From: Octopus sinensis
Lineage: Eukaryota
Length of the DNA: 64,000 bases
Reading direction: 5' to 3'
Assembly (NCBI RefSeq): GCF_006345805.1
Contig: NC_043013.1
Span: forward strand, 1,550,001 to 1,614,000
Positions 24,878 to 37,020 of this stretch are shown here, in pieces. The position numbers were made by a program, and so were the translations under genes. Under the pieces are notes generated by a model. That model had not been told where the DNA came from and ran no database searches. It worked only from the letters and a program-made list of their open reading frames with translations. Each line of letters begins with the position of its first letter. Position 1 is the first letter of the stretch.

Positions 24878-25149
24878 GTAAGTTCTTCAACAAGATTTTT
24901 ATGCAGTTTGTGTTTTAAAAGAAGAATTAGTGCTCATTATGAACCTTATCATTTAATGTCATGTTGCTCTGCTTGTTTCCAGTTCAATTATTTTTAGACA
25001 TATTCGAACCCGTAAGGAAGTTATTCACTGTATTATGTTATGAAGAAATATTGTTCTTATAATCTAAAACGTAAATTCATATCGGATTTATTTGCTGAGA
25101 TAACATTGTTTAAAAGAATATGCCGTTTTAGCTATGAACTATTCTAAAT

Positions 25150-25560
25150 ATGACAGTCTTGGTATAGGACAAATGTTACTGCAATTTAGTTCCAGTAGAC
25201 ATTGTCTCCAGCTGGCTATATGACACGATCTGTGTCCTTATATTTTCGAACACTATTTCGAACGGGAATTTGGCAGCGCCACCTATAGCCGAACAATTAT
25301 TCTGTGCTGATGAAGGGAAATAACCCGGAAGTCGCGATACACAGATATTGTTTTGAGCTGAGTGAGGGGGTGGGGGTGCTAGATTCCCTTGTTCGAAAAT
25401 ATAAGGACACAGATCGTGTCATATAGTCAGCTGGAGACGATGTCTCCTGGGGCTAAATTACAGCAACATTCGTCCTAAACCAGGACTGCCATGTTATGCT
25501 GGCAAATAATCTTTACTCTAAAGTACTGTTGTTGAATATCTCTCGTTGTGAGATTTACAA
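25150..25560 (+). mobile_element. Penelope-type short repeat with about 100-bp inverted arms and a degenerate hammerhead (25302-25344); homolog at 42640-42930
   Basis: CTGTG-CTGATGA-A-GGG AAATAA CCC-GGAAG-TCGCGA-TA-CACAG; arms about 25150-25252 and 25390-25492. Confidence 0.7.
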
Positions 25561-26433
25561 ATAGTAATTTTATATTCTAAATACATTTGCTCCAGAAAAA
25601 TAGGGATAATCATCGAACAACATAATCATAGAAAATTTCTCATTGAGACTGGCACAGGATAATGATTCTATTCTTGGTGCTTTTTATTTCTACAGATTAT
25701 AAAGAATTATTACATCCTAGTATTTAGAATTTTGGGGGTGAAAGTGAAATGTTCTTACTGATGAACGAATACATAAGAAGTAGATTTTATAATTTTACTA
25801 GCTTAAAGAATTTGAAAATTTGTAACAGATATAGAAATTAGCCTTTTTTCTGTCATATGAGAGGAAAATAACTGCATCAATGAAGCAATTTTGAACAGAA
25901 TAAACACTTGGGTTCAGCTTTGTCTTCATATTCGGCATAGAAAAGAAATATATATAACATAAGTAATATACAAAAATGCTAGAATATTTTTAATCAAGTT
26001 TTTGTAGCAGACAAAAGCATTTTAGAAATCAAACCATAAACTGCTTCTGTAGACACAACGTCAAATATTTTGGATAAACTCGGTGTCATTGGCCCTCAAT
26101 AGAAAGAAAGAAAAAATGTTAACGCAGTTACTTTTGAACTCAGAACACAGAATCACGTAATTAATTCTTTAAAAGTATTTTCACTAGTCGACTTGTATTT
26201 TAATCACGTGATTGCTTTGTGCATATTTTAACAAACAAAAAATTAGCAACTTTAGGATATCCACTAAGCAGAAATAAATTTCCATCAGTTTTCAGCATTT
26301 GACTTTAGGAGACAAACGGTAAAAATAATAGTAGTTTTGCTTCACTTTTCTGTGCATTTTGCTGCAGTATATTGACATTAATTCATTGGCTTAAATAAAT
26401 TAAGCCATTGTTGGTTCCGTTTTAGAATTGCAG

Positions 26434-26605
26434 GTGATCCGAGTTTGTTACATGCTTCGCTTGTGCAATCAATTTCGTTGCAGAAAAGTGATAAATGGAG
26501 TGAAAATATTCAAAGGAAGATATTTGATGTAGAAAATGCGATCCAGCTGGGAGCAGACATAGTCAATGAAAGCATAAAGGAAGTTCATTTGCAACGACAG
26601 TTTAT
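26434..26605 (+). CDS. Candidate host exon (DPSLLHASLVQSISLQKSDKWSENIQRKIFDVENAIQLGADIVNESIKEVHLQRQF), unidentified protein
   Basis: Open frame across non-repeat DNA, AG acceptors at 26425 and 26433, GTATTT donor; protein-like composition. Confidence 0.5.
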
Positions 26606-27088
26606 GTATTTCTACCCCGAAGTCTAAATTCTTATCTCAATGATCTTCGTTTATGCTTTTGGCCATACCTGCCCCCTGCTGGATTTTCACTGTGTATCAA
26701 GATCATAAACTAATTAAGATAGTAGCTTGACAAATAAGATTGCTTTTACCTCTTGTTCTTAGAATATCCATTTCCTTATCCATTTTCTCTATAAATTCGT
26801 TTGTTCCTTATTAAAAATCACTTGTTCCTCATGTTAGTGGATAATCCGGTCATCTTCTAGTTTTACTTTACCTTTATTCTTGTCTGAATTTTTACTGAGG
26901 ATGATTCACTTTTGCTATGATGTAATCAATGAATGCGTCAATAAAATGCTAGCGAAACTGGTGAAGTAAATTTTAACCCTCCACTTGTGTTCTTCCTTTT
27001 CTTATATATTTATTTATGTATATATATATGTATGTATGTGTATATGTAATTATGTATATATGTATATATGCATATATATAATATATAT

Positions 27089-27170
<82 letters not shown>

Positions 27171-27296
27171 TATCATATCATATCATATAATGCACAATTT
27201 AAAAAAGAGCTACGAATAGTTTCTTGTTGTAGAGTTACAACAGTTTGGCAGATTTATACAACCTGTCCTGTCATGTATCTGTAAGCAATCTTTCAG

Positions 27297-27331
27297 GGCC
27301 AGTGTATACCGTTAGACCGATTTGAAAACCA
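27297..27331 (+). CDS. Candidate small host exon (GQCIPLDRFEN)
   Basis: CAATCTTTCAG acceptor, GTATGT donor, open only in phase 0. Confidence 0.35.
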
Positions 27332-28120
27332 GTATGTTGGTCTATGAAAACACATGAAAAAAAAAACGGGAAGAAAGCGTGAAGAAGGTTGATGGAAGAA
27401 GTGAAACGAGAAGAAAGAAAAGCCTCCTCTCTTTTATATTATTCTCTGCTAGCTAGATTGATTATGGTTTCTTCAAAAGGTACGAAGGTCTTGCTTTTCT
27501 TACTTTTCTTTCTTCTCGTTCCTCTTTTAGCATCAAGCTTCTTCGCGATTTTCGTCCCGATTTTTTTTTTCGCATGTATTCTCACAGACTAGCATCCTGG
27601 TTTTGAAATAGGTATAACGGTATGCATTGAGCCAGAAAGATTGCTTGGAGACACATGGCCTGTTATATAAATCAGCCAAATTATTGTATCCCTACAGCAT
27701 TAAACAATTAGTAGCTCTAGTTTAAAGTGTGTTTATTAAATGTTTATCTGTCACAGGATGGAGTACATTTTTGTTGGTCTTAGCTAAAACAGAACAGTAA
27801 ACTATATATACATACGTGCATAATACATACATATATAAATACATACATACACACATAATACATACATACACACACACATGTTTGTGTGTGTGTGTAGCAC
27901 TTGTGTTTGAAAAGGTTAAACGACAGCGCTCACACACTACAAAAATTTCTTCCCCAAAAAAGGTTAGTAACATCTTGATGAAAGATTTCATAACATTTTT
28001 GGAAGAATAATTTAAAAAAATCAACTTTGCACATCAAAGCTGTTTTAAATAATCCTCATAGACTTCCATATATATATATACGCATGCACACACACATATA
28101 TACATATACATACATATATA

Positions 28121-28202
<82 letters not shown>

Positions 28203-28213
28203 TACAATATATA

Positions 28214-29461
28214 TTGGGTTGACAACTAAGTTCCAGCCGTTTTTTTTTTAATTTTAGAATCTATTTTTTTCGAGAATTCTAGTTTTGAATCATTTTGGAA
28301 TCAATTTTTTTTTTCTAGTTAATTTTAGTTAATTTTTATTTATTTTCAGATCATTAAAATGGAATGTCAAGTTAAGAAAAATGAGCATTTTCGACACCTC
28401 CTTCTTTTTGCTTTTAATCAAGGTTCTAAAGCCGCAAAAGCTGCTCGCGACATTTGCGCTGTGTATGGAGAGTGTGCCATAGCTTAAAGAACCGCTCGTG
28501 ATTGGTATACCAAGTTCAAAAATGGAGATTTTGACCTCAAAGATGCAACTCGTTCTGGCCGTCCAGTTGAGATCGATGAAGAGCAATTGAACCAACTTTT
28601 GCACGAAAATTCTCGTCAAACGATAAGGGAACTGGCAGAGAAAACGGAATGCTCCTACACTGTTATAGAGAAGCATCTTCACTCGATGGGAAAGGTTCAG
28701 AAGTATGGAGCATGGGTTCTGCATGCTTTAAGTGACAATAACAAAAATCAATGGTTTGCTTGCTCGTCACCGCTCAACTCATGGACACAAGCAACGATTT
28801 CTTTACCGAATCGTTACTGGCTACGAAGAATGGTGCCTGTACATCAATATGAAGCAGCGTAAGGAATGGCTTAGCCCCGGCAAACAAGCGACACCGCGCG
28901 TGAAACAAGATCTTCATCCGCGTAAAACGATGTTGTGCGTATGGTGGGACTGGGAAGGGATTATCCATTACGAATTGCTTGAACGGAACGAAACGGTCGA
29001 TGCGGAACTCTATGTTCGATAGATGGAACGACTCAACACGGTTATTCAAGAGAAAAGACCTAATCGGCAGCATGGAGTTCTTCTGCTGCACGACATCGCC
29101 CGCCCTCACATCGCCAATATGACCAAGGAAACCATTCAAACGCATGGCTGGGAAGTGCTGACATACCCGCCGTACTCTCCTGATTTGGTACCAACGGATT
29201 TCCACCTCTTTCGATCTCTTCTAAATGCTATGCGCAGAGTTTCGTTCAATACTGATGCAGAATTGAGAGCTTGGTTGGATCAATTTTTCGAGTCGAAATC
29301 GGGTGATTTCTACCAACGTGGTATTGAAAATCTTGTTGAATGTTGGGAAGAAGTTGTAAACAACAAGGGTGAATACATTATTGATTAATTAGTTGTTATT
29401 TTTTATTAAATCTTTTACAAAATTTTAATCTAAAAAACGGCGGGAACTTAGTTGCCAACCC

Positions 29462-29463
<2 letters not shown>
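28214..29463 (+). mobile_element. Full-length mariner (DD34D type), transposase 28359-29388 disrupted
   Basis: TIRs TTGGGTTGACAACTAAGTTCC / GGAACTTAGTTGCCAACCCAA; WVLH, RIVTGYEEW, HDIARPH, YSPDLVPTDFHLF. Confidence 0.92.
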
Positions 29464-29510
<47 letters not shown>

Positions 29511-29709
29511 CTGTCTTCCCTTCTCTGGATCTTTCTTTCTCCTATGTTTCCGACGAAGAGCTCCGTTCGAAACGCTAAACCCTCCTTCTTCCCTGAGCGT
29601 CCAATAATACTATATTTGTTCCACGTCCTCGCGTTGTTGTGTTTTTTGTGTTTTCTTGTTTGGTTTAACTATATATATATATATTATACATGCATATATA
29701 TATATATAT

Positions 29710-29756
<47 letters not shown>

Positions 29757-30317
29757 CATACATACATATATGTGTGTCCGCGCGCGCGTGTGCTGGGTAT
29801 GACATTAATCTGCATCCGATGAAGCTCCCGTTCCGGAGTTGTGGAGAGCGTGGGGTCGCCACCTACTCTCAAGTCCGTCCTGACACGGAACAGTAGTATC
29901 CGCCAGGGTCCAGTGTATTGCTTAAATAGTTTTCCAAGAGGTAGAGGAGATACCCGTTATTTTTGACAAAGCCGTGGCTAAGGCAACATTTCTTGGAGAA
30001 CGAATCCTGGCATAAAACTTGCAACCAAAATAATAGCAGACATATTGTCAGAGGAACCTATTGCGGTGACCGAGACAATGGCAAAATGGCTGCGCAAGCT
30101 TTTGTCGCTTAAATTCAATGGTGTACAGATAGTTCCCTCTTCGTTTCATTTCTTGGTATGTTTTCCATTTTATAAAGTCGTATGGGGATGAATGTGTGGC
30201 GTGAAAAGTCATATCTGTGCACAAATAAGGATGAAAGTAAATCAGAACAATCAGGCTGAACATGAGATGGCTATCATCTGACAAAATGAGGCAACCATCA
30301 TCGTCATACATTCAGAT

Positions 30318-30885
30318 ATATGTATATAGAGGCGATCCAACGTAGCTACACGAAGAAAATAGCCTCTGTGCAGCATATAAGCTACTGGGAAAGACTCAAG
30401 AGATTAAAACTCTATTCCTTGGAGCGTAGGCGAGAAAGATATACCATAATATACATCTGGAAGATCCTGGAAGGACTTGTCCCAAACTTTGGCATCGAGA
30501 GTTACACAAATGCCAGAACTGGGCGCCACTGCGTGGTACCAAGGACTCCAAATTTGCCATCAAGATGTAGGACATGATACTGTGATAGCCTGGGCTTCAG
30601 AGGCCCACAGCTCTTCAATATCCTCCCGAAGAACCTGAGGGACCTGCATGGAGTGGATGCGGATGTCTTTAAAGTAGGACTGGATCTCTTCCTGTCAGGT
30701 GTCCCGGATGAACCAACTTCACGGCAGGAGGTGCAGATGAGGGCAGCTGCATCGAACTCTCTCATGCACCAAATGGCAATTGCTAAAAAGCATTCGTGAA
30801 GTAAAACCATGTAGCAACACCAAATGGCGGTGCCCCAGCATGGCCACAGCTCGTGAGCTGAAACTAGAATCAATCAATCAATCAT
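30318..30885 (+). mobile_element. 3-prime fragment of CR1-type LINE family 2 with (AATC)n tail
   Basis: LYSLERRRERY; near-identical to 59327-59855. Confidence 0.9.
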
Positions 30886-31118
30886 ATGTATCCACGTGTG
30901 TGTACGCCCTTAGACACATGCGTATGCGTGCATTTGCGCGCGCGTGTTTGTGTACATGTGCGTGAGTGTGTGCGTACTTGTGTGTTTTTATAGTTAGTGT
31001 ATGTACTGTTATTTTGTCTATAGTTTAGCCTTTAAAATAGCAAAAAATAGCAAATGTATAAAGACTGTCATATCCTGTCTTCACCGAAACGAAGTAATAA
31101 CTGCCTCTGTATTTGTAG

Positions 31119-31313
31119 GTGTAGCAGACTATGCTGTTAAAAGAATGGTTAGAAGTTACTCACAGGAAACTTTTTTTGTGCAATGACAGTGAAGATCGGC
31201 GATGAAAATTACCAAATATCAGAAGATGATTATGCAAAGAATAGTTTTGAAAAGAAGATACTTTTGTGTTACAAAACGAACATCAAGCAACCACAAGAAT
31301 TTTCTAAATTTGT
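31119..31313 (+). CDS. Candidate host exon (VADYAVKRMVRSYSQETFFCAMTVKIGDENYQISEDDYAKNSFEKKILLCYKTNIKQPQEFSKF)
   Basis: CTCTGTATTTGTAG acceptor, GTAATT donor; continuous if the T7 run at 31171-31177 is T8; phase 2 end matches 32436. Confidence 0.5.
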
Positions 31314-32435
31314 GTAATTTTTACTTATTTCTACTTATTTAAAGAAAAATGGACTTTGTGACATGCCAGTGAATAAAAGCTGGTACACAATTAATTCACT
31401 GTCGTATAGATACGAAACTTAACATTAAATCTGTGTCTAGTATTAAAATACTATTTCTACAACTATAAGGATAACGAATTAAATGTTCAGTTGAATTTAT
31501 AGTTGCATATAAGTAAGACGTTGTATGCAACAGCAGAATACCTGATACCTATAGACTTCATAACAAAAATAGGAGAGAACACCTGATACTGAAATAACTT
31601 TCTGTTTTGTTATTGGTTTTCAAATAAAAAAAAATAATTGCATAAAATAACTCACCAATATGTCTTCTTTCCCTGCTAGCAAGTTTTTAGCTGGAAAAAG
31701 ATCCACAAAGTTTATTATAAACTCGTCGAAACGGACAGTTAATTCGTTAAAGTATGAGATAGAAGCCATTGCTATAGACCAATGACCACCTTTTTTTATA
31801 TCTCAGGATATTTATACTAAATTGTCCAGGAGATAAATCAATTTGCATTAATTATAAACGTCATTTCTTAATTTTTTTATCTCATACTTTCTTTTCCAAT
31901 TTGAAAAAGAAATAAGGTTAAGAAAACGCTCATTGCATTTTAAAGATAGTTGCACAGATTGCAAAGGTATTTAAATGAACTTTATGCAGATGTTAAAGGT
32001 CTCATTTCTTACACTAAGGATTCCTTAAAACCGTGTCATTAACTACAATGAAATAGAATATTTTAAAACAGTTCGCCTGTACATTTTGATATGAATAATA
32101 CTACGACGTGATAGAATATAATTTAAATGGAGACACTCGACACTTTGATACAAGCAGTGAAGGAAAGATCAAGAAAATAAAGAACTGAAGAAAATATTGA
32201 CTTCTTCTAGGTTTTACATGAAACACTGACAACAACATTCCAGAAACAATATTTGATTAAGAGAATTTTTTTTTGTCTATGTTCAAATGTATTGTAGTGA
32301 CTCGAATTGATAGAGCAAACTTTACGTATTTACAACGATAAACCAGAACTGTTGGTAGTCGTAGTCTGAAAGTGTTGGAAGACTCTAAAAGCGTTATCAA
32401 GCAAATATAATTGATAAAAATAGTTCCCTTTACAG

Positions 32436-32508
32436 AAGACTTTTAAGGTATTTCTTCAAAACTGAAATGCCGATTTCTAAACTCGTCCCACGTCCAGATT
32501 TTTTGGAA
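32436..32508 (+). CDS. Candidate host exon (RLLRYFFKTEMPISKLVPRPDFLE)
   Basis: TTCCCTTTACAG acceptor, GAA/GTAAGA donor, open, phase 2 to 0. Confidence 0.6.
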
Positions 32509-32811
32509 GTAAGACACCAACGGTTAACTCGGCTGTAGTTATGTTATCGACCACGAATGGATGAAAGGCAAAGTTGACATCGGCAGGATTTCATTGAGAA
32601 TATAAAAGGGTGTAAGTAAATATTGCCAAGTAATTTCTTACTATTCTACCGATTCTACCAATCCACTACAACTGAAATATCAAAAAAGGATTTCTTTTTG
32701 TTTTGGAAAACAATGAAAATTTGTAGCCTTAAGTTAAACACATCCTAACTATATGAGATCAACTGATCATTTAGTTGAAAAAACGAGTGTGCAACTGCTT
32801 TTTCTAATTAG

Positions 32812-32909
32812 TGCAATTGGAAAGATTCAAATAAATATACGCTAGCAAACACTTCTCCCCATCCAAACCAGTGGAACTTTCGCCGGAGATAAATAAATAT
32901 ACTGCAGAG
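32812..32909 (+). CDS. Candidate host exon (CNWKDSNKYTLANTSPPSKPVELSPEINKYTAE)
   Basis: GCTTTTTCTAATTAG acceptor, GAG/GTAAAT donor; 98 nt, or 33 codons if the C4 run at 32857-32860 is C5. Confidence 0.5.
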
Positions 32910-33850
32910 GTAAATGGAATTATATTATTTTATAATTTTGTTACCAATTTAGTTATTTTGACCAGTGATGGATTGTTATTCCAATGAAGATTTGAGATGG
33001 TGGAACCGGAATGAGTTTGACTTGTGTTAAGAGGTTAGCTAATTGGTAACTATATTAAAGCCATTTAGTTAAGAGGTGTCGACATATACAGTAGAGTTTA
33101 TTAAAATCAAATCTATATATATTAATAAAAAAAAAGTTATCAAATTCAACAGGTATCAAGCTCCTCTCGTTAAAAAAATATGGAAGTTGCAATAGAATAA
33201 GATTAATAGTTAAGATTTTTAACGTAAATTGATATTAGACGTTATAAGTAACAATCTGAAATCGGAAAAACAAAGCAAAACGAAACAGGTCGACTCGAAC
33301 CACAGATCAATTGTTTTCCAGATGATTGCGTCACCCATTTATCTACAGAGAATCTGCCAACTGCCAATCCCTCTCTCTCTCTCTCTCTCTCTCTCAGACA
33401 AATCAGTTACAGAAATGTACTTTTCTGCTTTAATTATATGTAAAATGAATATTCTAATAAAATGAAAATTTCATAGTAAAAATATTTTTGCATTTATATA
33501 TTCCATGTTCTCCTGAGAATCAAGGGATTTTGATGCCACTCTTGATAACACAACATAAATGTAAAGGGAAGAAAACTTTCAAAAACATTATGGAAACACA
33601 TTGACAAGTAAGAGTCAATTAGTACAAAAATTTAAGAGAAAATGGTATTAATCTAGTTATAGGTAATACTAAAAAGTGATGACGAATGCTGCATAGTTCT
33701 ATACTGAATTATAAGGACAATCGATGAAAATGTTTAGCGTTGTGAACGAAAGTGAGGCATAACATCTGACGATGAGTTGTGTACATTTAAGACTAAACTT
33801 ATACAAAAGCTTACATTGATTATAACAAATATTCAAAACGAGATATTCTT

Positions 33851-35009
33851 TTACTCTCTTATTTGTTTCAGTCGTTTGGCTGTGACCATGCTGGAGTACC
33901 TCCTTAAAGGGTCTTTTAGTCGACGAAATCGACTCCAGAACTTATTTTTTGCAAGCCTAGTACTTATTCTATAGGTCTCTTTTGACGGAACGCGAAGCCA
34001 CGTGGACGTAAATACACCAACATCACTTGTCAAGTGATGGTGGGGAACAAACATAAATACATAAACACACACACACACACATACGACCGGCTTCTTTCTG
34101 TTTCCGTCTACCAAATCCACTCACAAGGCTCCGGTTGGCCCGAGGCTATAGTAGAAAACATTTAGTTAGTTAGTTAGTTAATTTGGCTCAAAAGCAAATA
34201 GCAAGGCCATGTAGGGGGACATGGTGTTAAGTACAGGATGGTGTTCATGTAAAGAGTTCAGGCTACTTGAGGTCCAGGGAGGCTTTAAACAAAGCGGTCG
34301 TCGGCATCTTCACCATCTCGTCTGGCAGCTTGTTCCACGGATCTGCAACCCGGACGGAGAAAGCTCCTCTCCTTCGATTAAGATGAAATCGTCGCAGGTA
34401 GAGCTTTTCGGAATGACCCCGCAGCCGACGCTCTGGAGCAGGAGTGAAGAACAGCTCTTTCGAGAGGTTACACTTTCCGCTTATGATGTTGTGGGCAAGA
34501 ATGAGATCACCACGGCGGCGGCGTTTTTCAAGAGAGTAAAGGTCGAGCGTCCTCAGCGTTTCTTCATAGGACAAATTTTTGAGACCATGAACCATGCGGG
34601 TAGCCAGCTTCTGGACTCTTTCGAGATGCTGTATGTCTTTGAGGAGATAAGGAGAAGAGGCTTGAATCCCATACTCCAATATGGGTCTCACCAGCGTGAC
34701 ATAGAGTGGTAGGAATATGGCTGCTGTGAGCATTCCGAATGACCGTCGAATCAAGAACAGAATTCCGCGTGCTTTGTTGGCAGCATGGACGCACTGGACC
34801 GAAGGCGAAAAGGAGGAATCCACCAAGATACCCAGGTCCTTTACCTGATCGGTCCTCTCCAGCAGCAGACGACCCGGCTCGAAATCAAGTTGAGTTGCAG
34901 GAGTAGAGCCGACAGGCAGATGACAGCCCAAGGTGCCACGCAGTGCGACTGATCCTGGAACCAAGTGGTTGGGAAGCAAGCTTCTCACCACGCAGCCACG
35001 CCTGCGCCT
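33851..35009 (-). mobile_element. SINE family A (head 34925-35009, body 33851-34162) interrupted by a CR1
   Basis: Both halves match family A and join at ACCTTGGGC / TGTCTTCTACTATAG. Confidence 0.8.
34163..34924 (-). mobile_element. 5-prime-truncated CR1-type LINE family 3 with (TAAC)n tail
   Basis: VKDLGILVD, LYVTLVRPILEY, LERVQKLATRM, LYSLEKRRRRGDLI. Confidence 0.88.
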
Positions 35010-35154
35010 ATATCTAAGTTAATTACTAAAATATTGGTTTAATTACGAACCCTCAATGTTTTCTATTGTAATTACAGGAATAAATAGACTTTAACTGAAG
35101 GATATTAACAAAAGTCGATTGCTCGACATATTACAGATATATCATATTATATAT

Positions 35155-35211
35155 CAGTGGTTCTCAGCCTGGGGTCCGTAAATACTGGGGGTCCGTGAAC
35201 TAAATTCAATA

Positions 35212-35261
<50 letters not shown>

Positions 35262-35334
35262 AACACACAAGGTTAAGCATATTAAAAGGGGTCCTTGGGA
35301 AAACTCATTTAAATCAAAGGGTTGGGAACCAATG
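35155..35334. mobile_element. hAT-like MITE
   Basis: CAGTGGTTCTCAGCC / GGGTTGGGAACCAATG termini; TSD not evident. Confidence 0.45.
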
Positions 35335-36320
35335 CTGCTTATCACACCGATACAAAAAACAAACAAACTCGATGCCATGAAGCTTTTACATTTAGTAGCA
35401 GAAAGCATCATAAAGTGACAGAAGAAGCACTTCGTGTGTTTTGTTTTTGTTGTTGTTGTTGTACATTGTTTTTTGTCAATCCTTTCAGTTTAGAACTGTA
35501 ACGAGAATGTGGAAGCGTCGTGTCTTTTGGCGTGAAAAAATATATTTAAAAGTATTCACATATCGTTGTTTGTCATTAAGAAAACAAATATCAAGTAATC
35601 TATTATAGTGGACGTGATTCGTTTTAATAGAACTCAACCAAAATGAAAGTTAATCCCGTCATGTATTCAAAGGAAATCATTATTTGAGAGTAACTTGAAC
35701 CATATTTTAAAATTAACGTTAAGATAACACAGGCTAACAAGAAATGTTTTCTCCGTTGTCAAAAGATTTGGACCCGAGCTTGGAGGTTTTTGACGCACAC
35801 AATCCAAAAATGGCATCCGTTTATTGCAATCACGTCGAGATTTTGAGATACTGGATCCATAAGATGTCATTGTTTTTTCAATAGGAGGAACATGGCATAA
35901 CACACAAACATATATAGAAAAGACTCTGGAATTAATGTTCGCTGCGGCCATTCTTTGACTACCTAATGTGCTTCCCTAGTTCTGCTGTTCCACATACATA
36001 AAAACATTGGGTACTTGGTGTATCCATTCTGTTGCTACAGGAGAAAATCGACCATCTTAAATCCACGCATATCACCCACTGAAGACAGGCTGGCGGGTAG
36101 AGGGGTTTGTTTTGAAACCTAGACGTGATGGTAAAAAACGGATTCTATTTTTGGATTCAACACATCAAAGAGAACCTTCAAATTAGGTAAACAAAAAAAA
36201 AGCTCTGATAACAAAATACCCGTTGACTTGTCTTATGTACAAGCTTTTCTATTGAAACTACAACATAATGCTCATTTTAAATAAGTTAGTCATGCTATTC
36301 TATATTCTAGGCTCTAAGAG

Positions 36321-36367
<47 letters not shown>

Positions 36368-36397
36368 CATCATTATTATCCTTATTATTATTATTAT

Positions 36398-36963
36398 TGA
36401 GTGAGAGAGCAGTGCATGCCATCAAAGTGACACTGGGGTGAAATATACGAAGCCCAGTATACCCATCATGACTACCCGTCTGATAAAGGTACACTAGGCA
36501 CATGCATCACAACCATATGTGCGCGACATGGTGATCTCATATCAAGGTAAACAACGCATGACCTTGCAGGTGGGGCCCAGTTAGAATTTTCTTCAGGTCG
36601 AGTAGCCCATCCCGCTCGAAAGGTCCCTGAATAAGGGTTGTTTAAGGATGTTGAAAGAACCACCCATGTTTCCAGAGGTGAATTATTCAAACCTCAAAGA
36701 ATCCCTTCTCAACACACGGCTATGATGCTCCCCCACTACTTCTACTCGTGATCAGAGATGCACATATCGTCAGCCACTAAGGGACATGCTCAACTGGTTA
36801 AGGTCAAACAACTGACAAGCAAATCTGTGGTATTGAGCAGAATATTTGCGGTAGCCCATCTTTTATACCAAGACAAAACAACGTACATGATAACACTTCC
36901 AATCAGTTAAGATCAGAAGCCATGAGAGCCACTGCCTGGTACCCTGGTACTGTATCAGGTCAT
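36398..36963 (-). mobile_element. Second copy of the about 560-bp (AAT)n-tailed element
   Basis: Reverse complement of 21394-21950. Confidence 0.8.
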
Positions 36964-36978
36964 TTATTATTATTATTA

Positions 36979-37019
<41 letters not shown>

Positions 37020-37020
<1 letters not shown>

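Noticed and set aside
26545-26575. AIQLGADIVN resembling an ankyrin repeat or TIM-barrel motif
   Set aside because: Spacing to the putative TPLH-like segment is wrong, and the match is too short to assign a family.
27389-27600. Hydrophobic + strand ORF and basic minus strand frame
   Set aside because: Explained by a low-complexity pyrimidine tract upstream of a candidate acceptor; no splice or homology support.
34263-34991. 242-aa ORF as a possible SINE-LINE fusion gene
   Set aside because: It starts at GTG inside a SINE head and runs into a truncated CR1 by chance frame continuity; no promoter or splice support.
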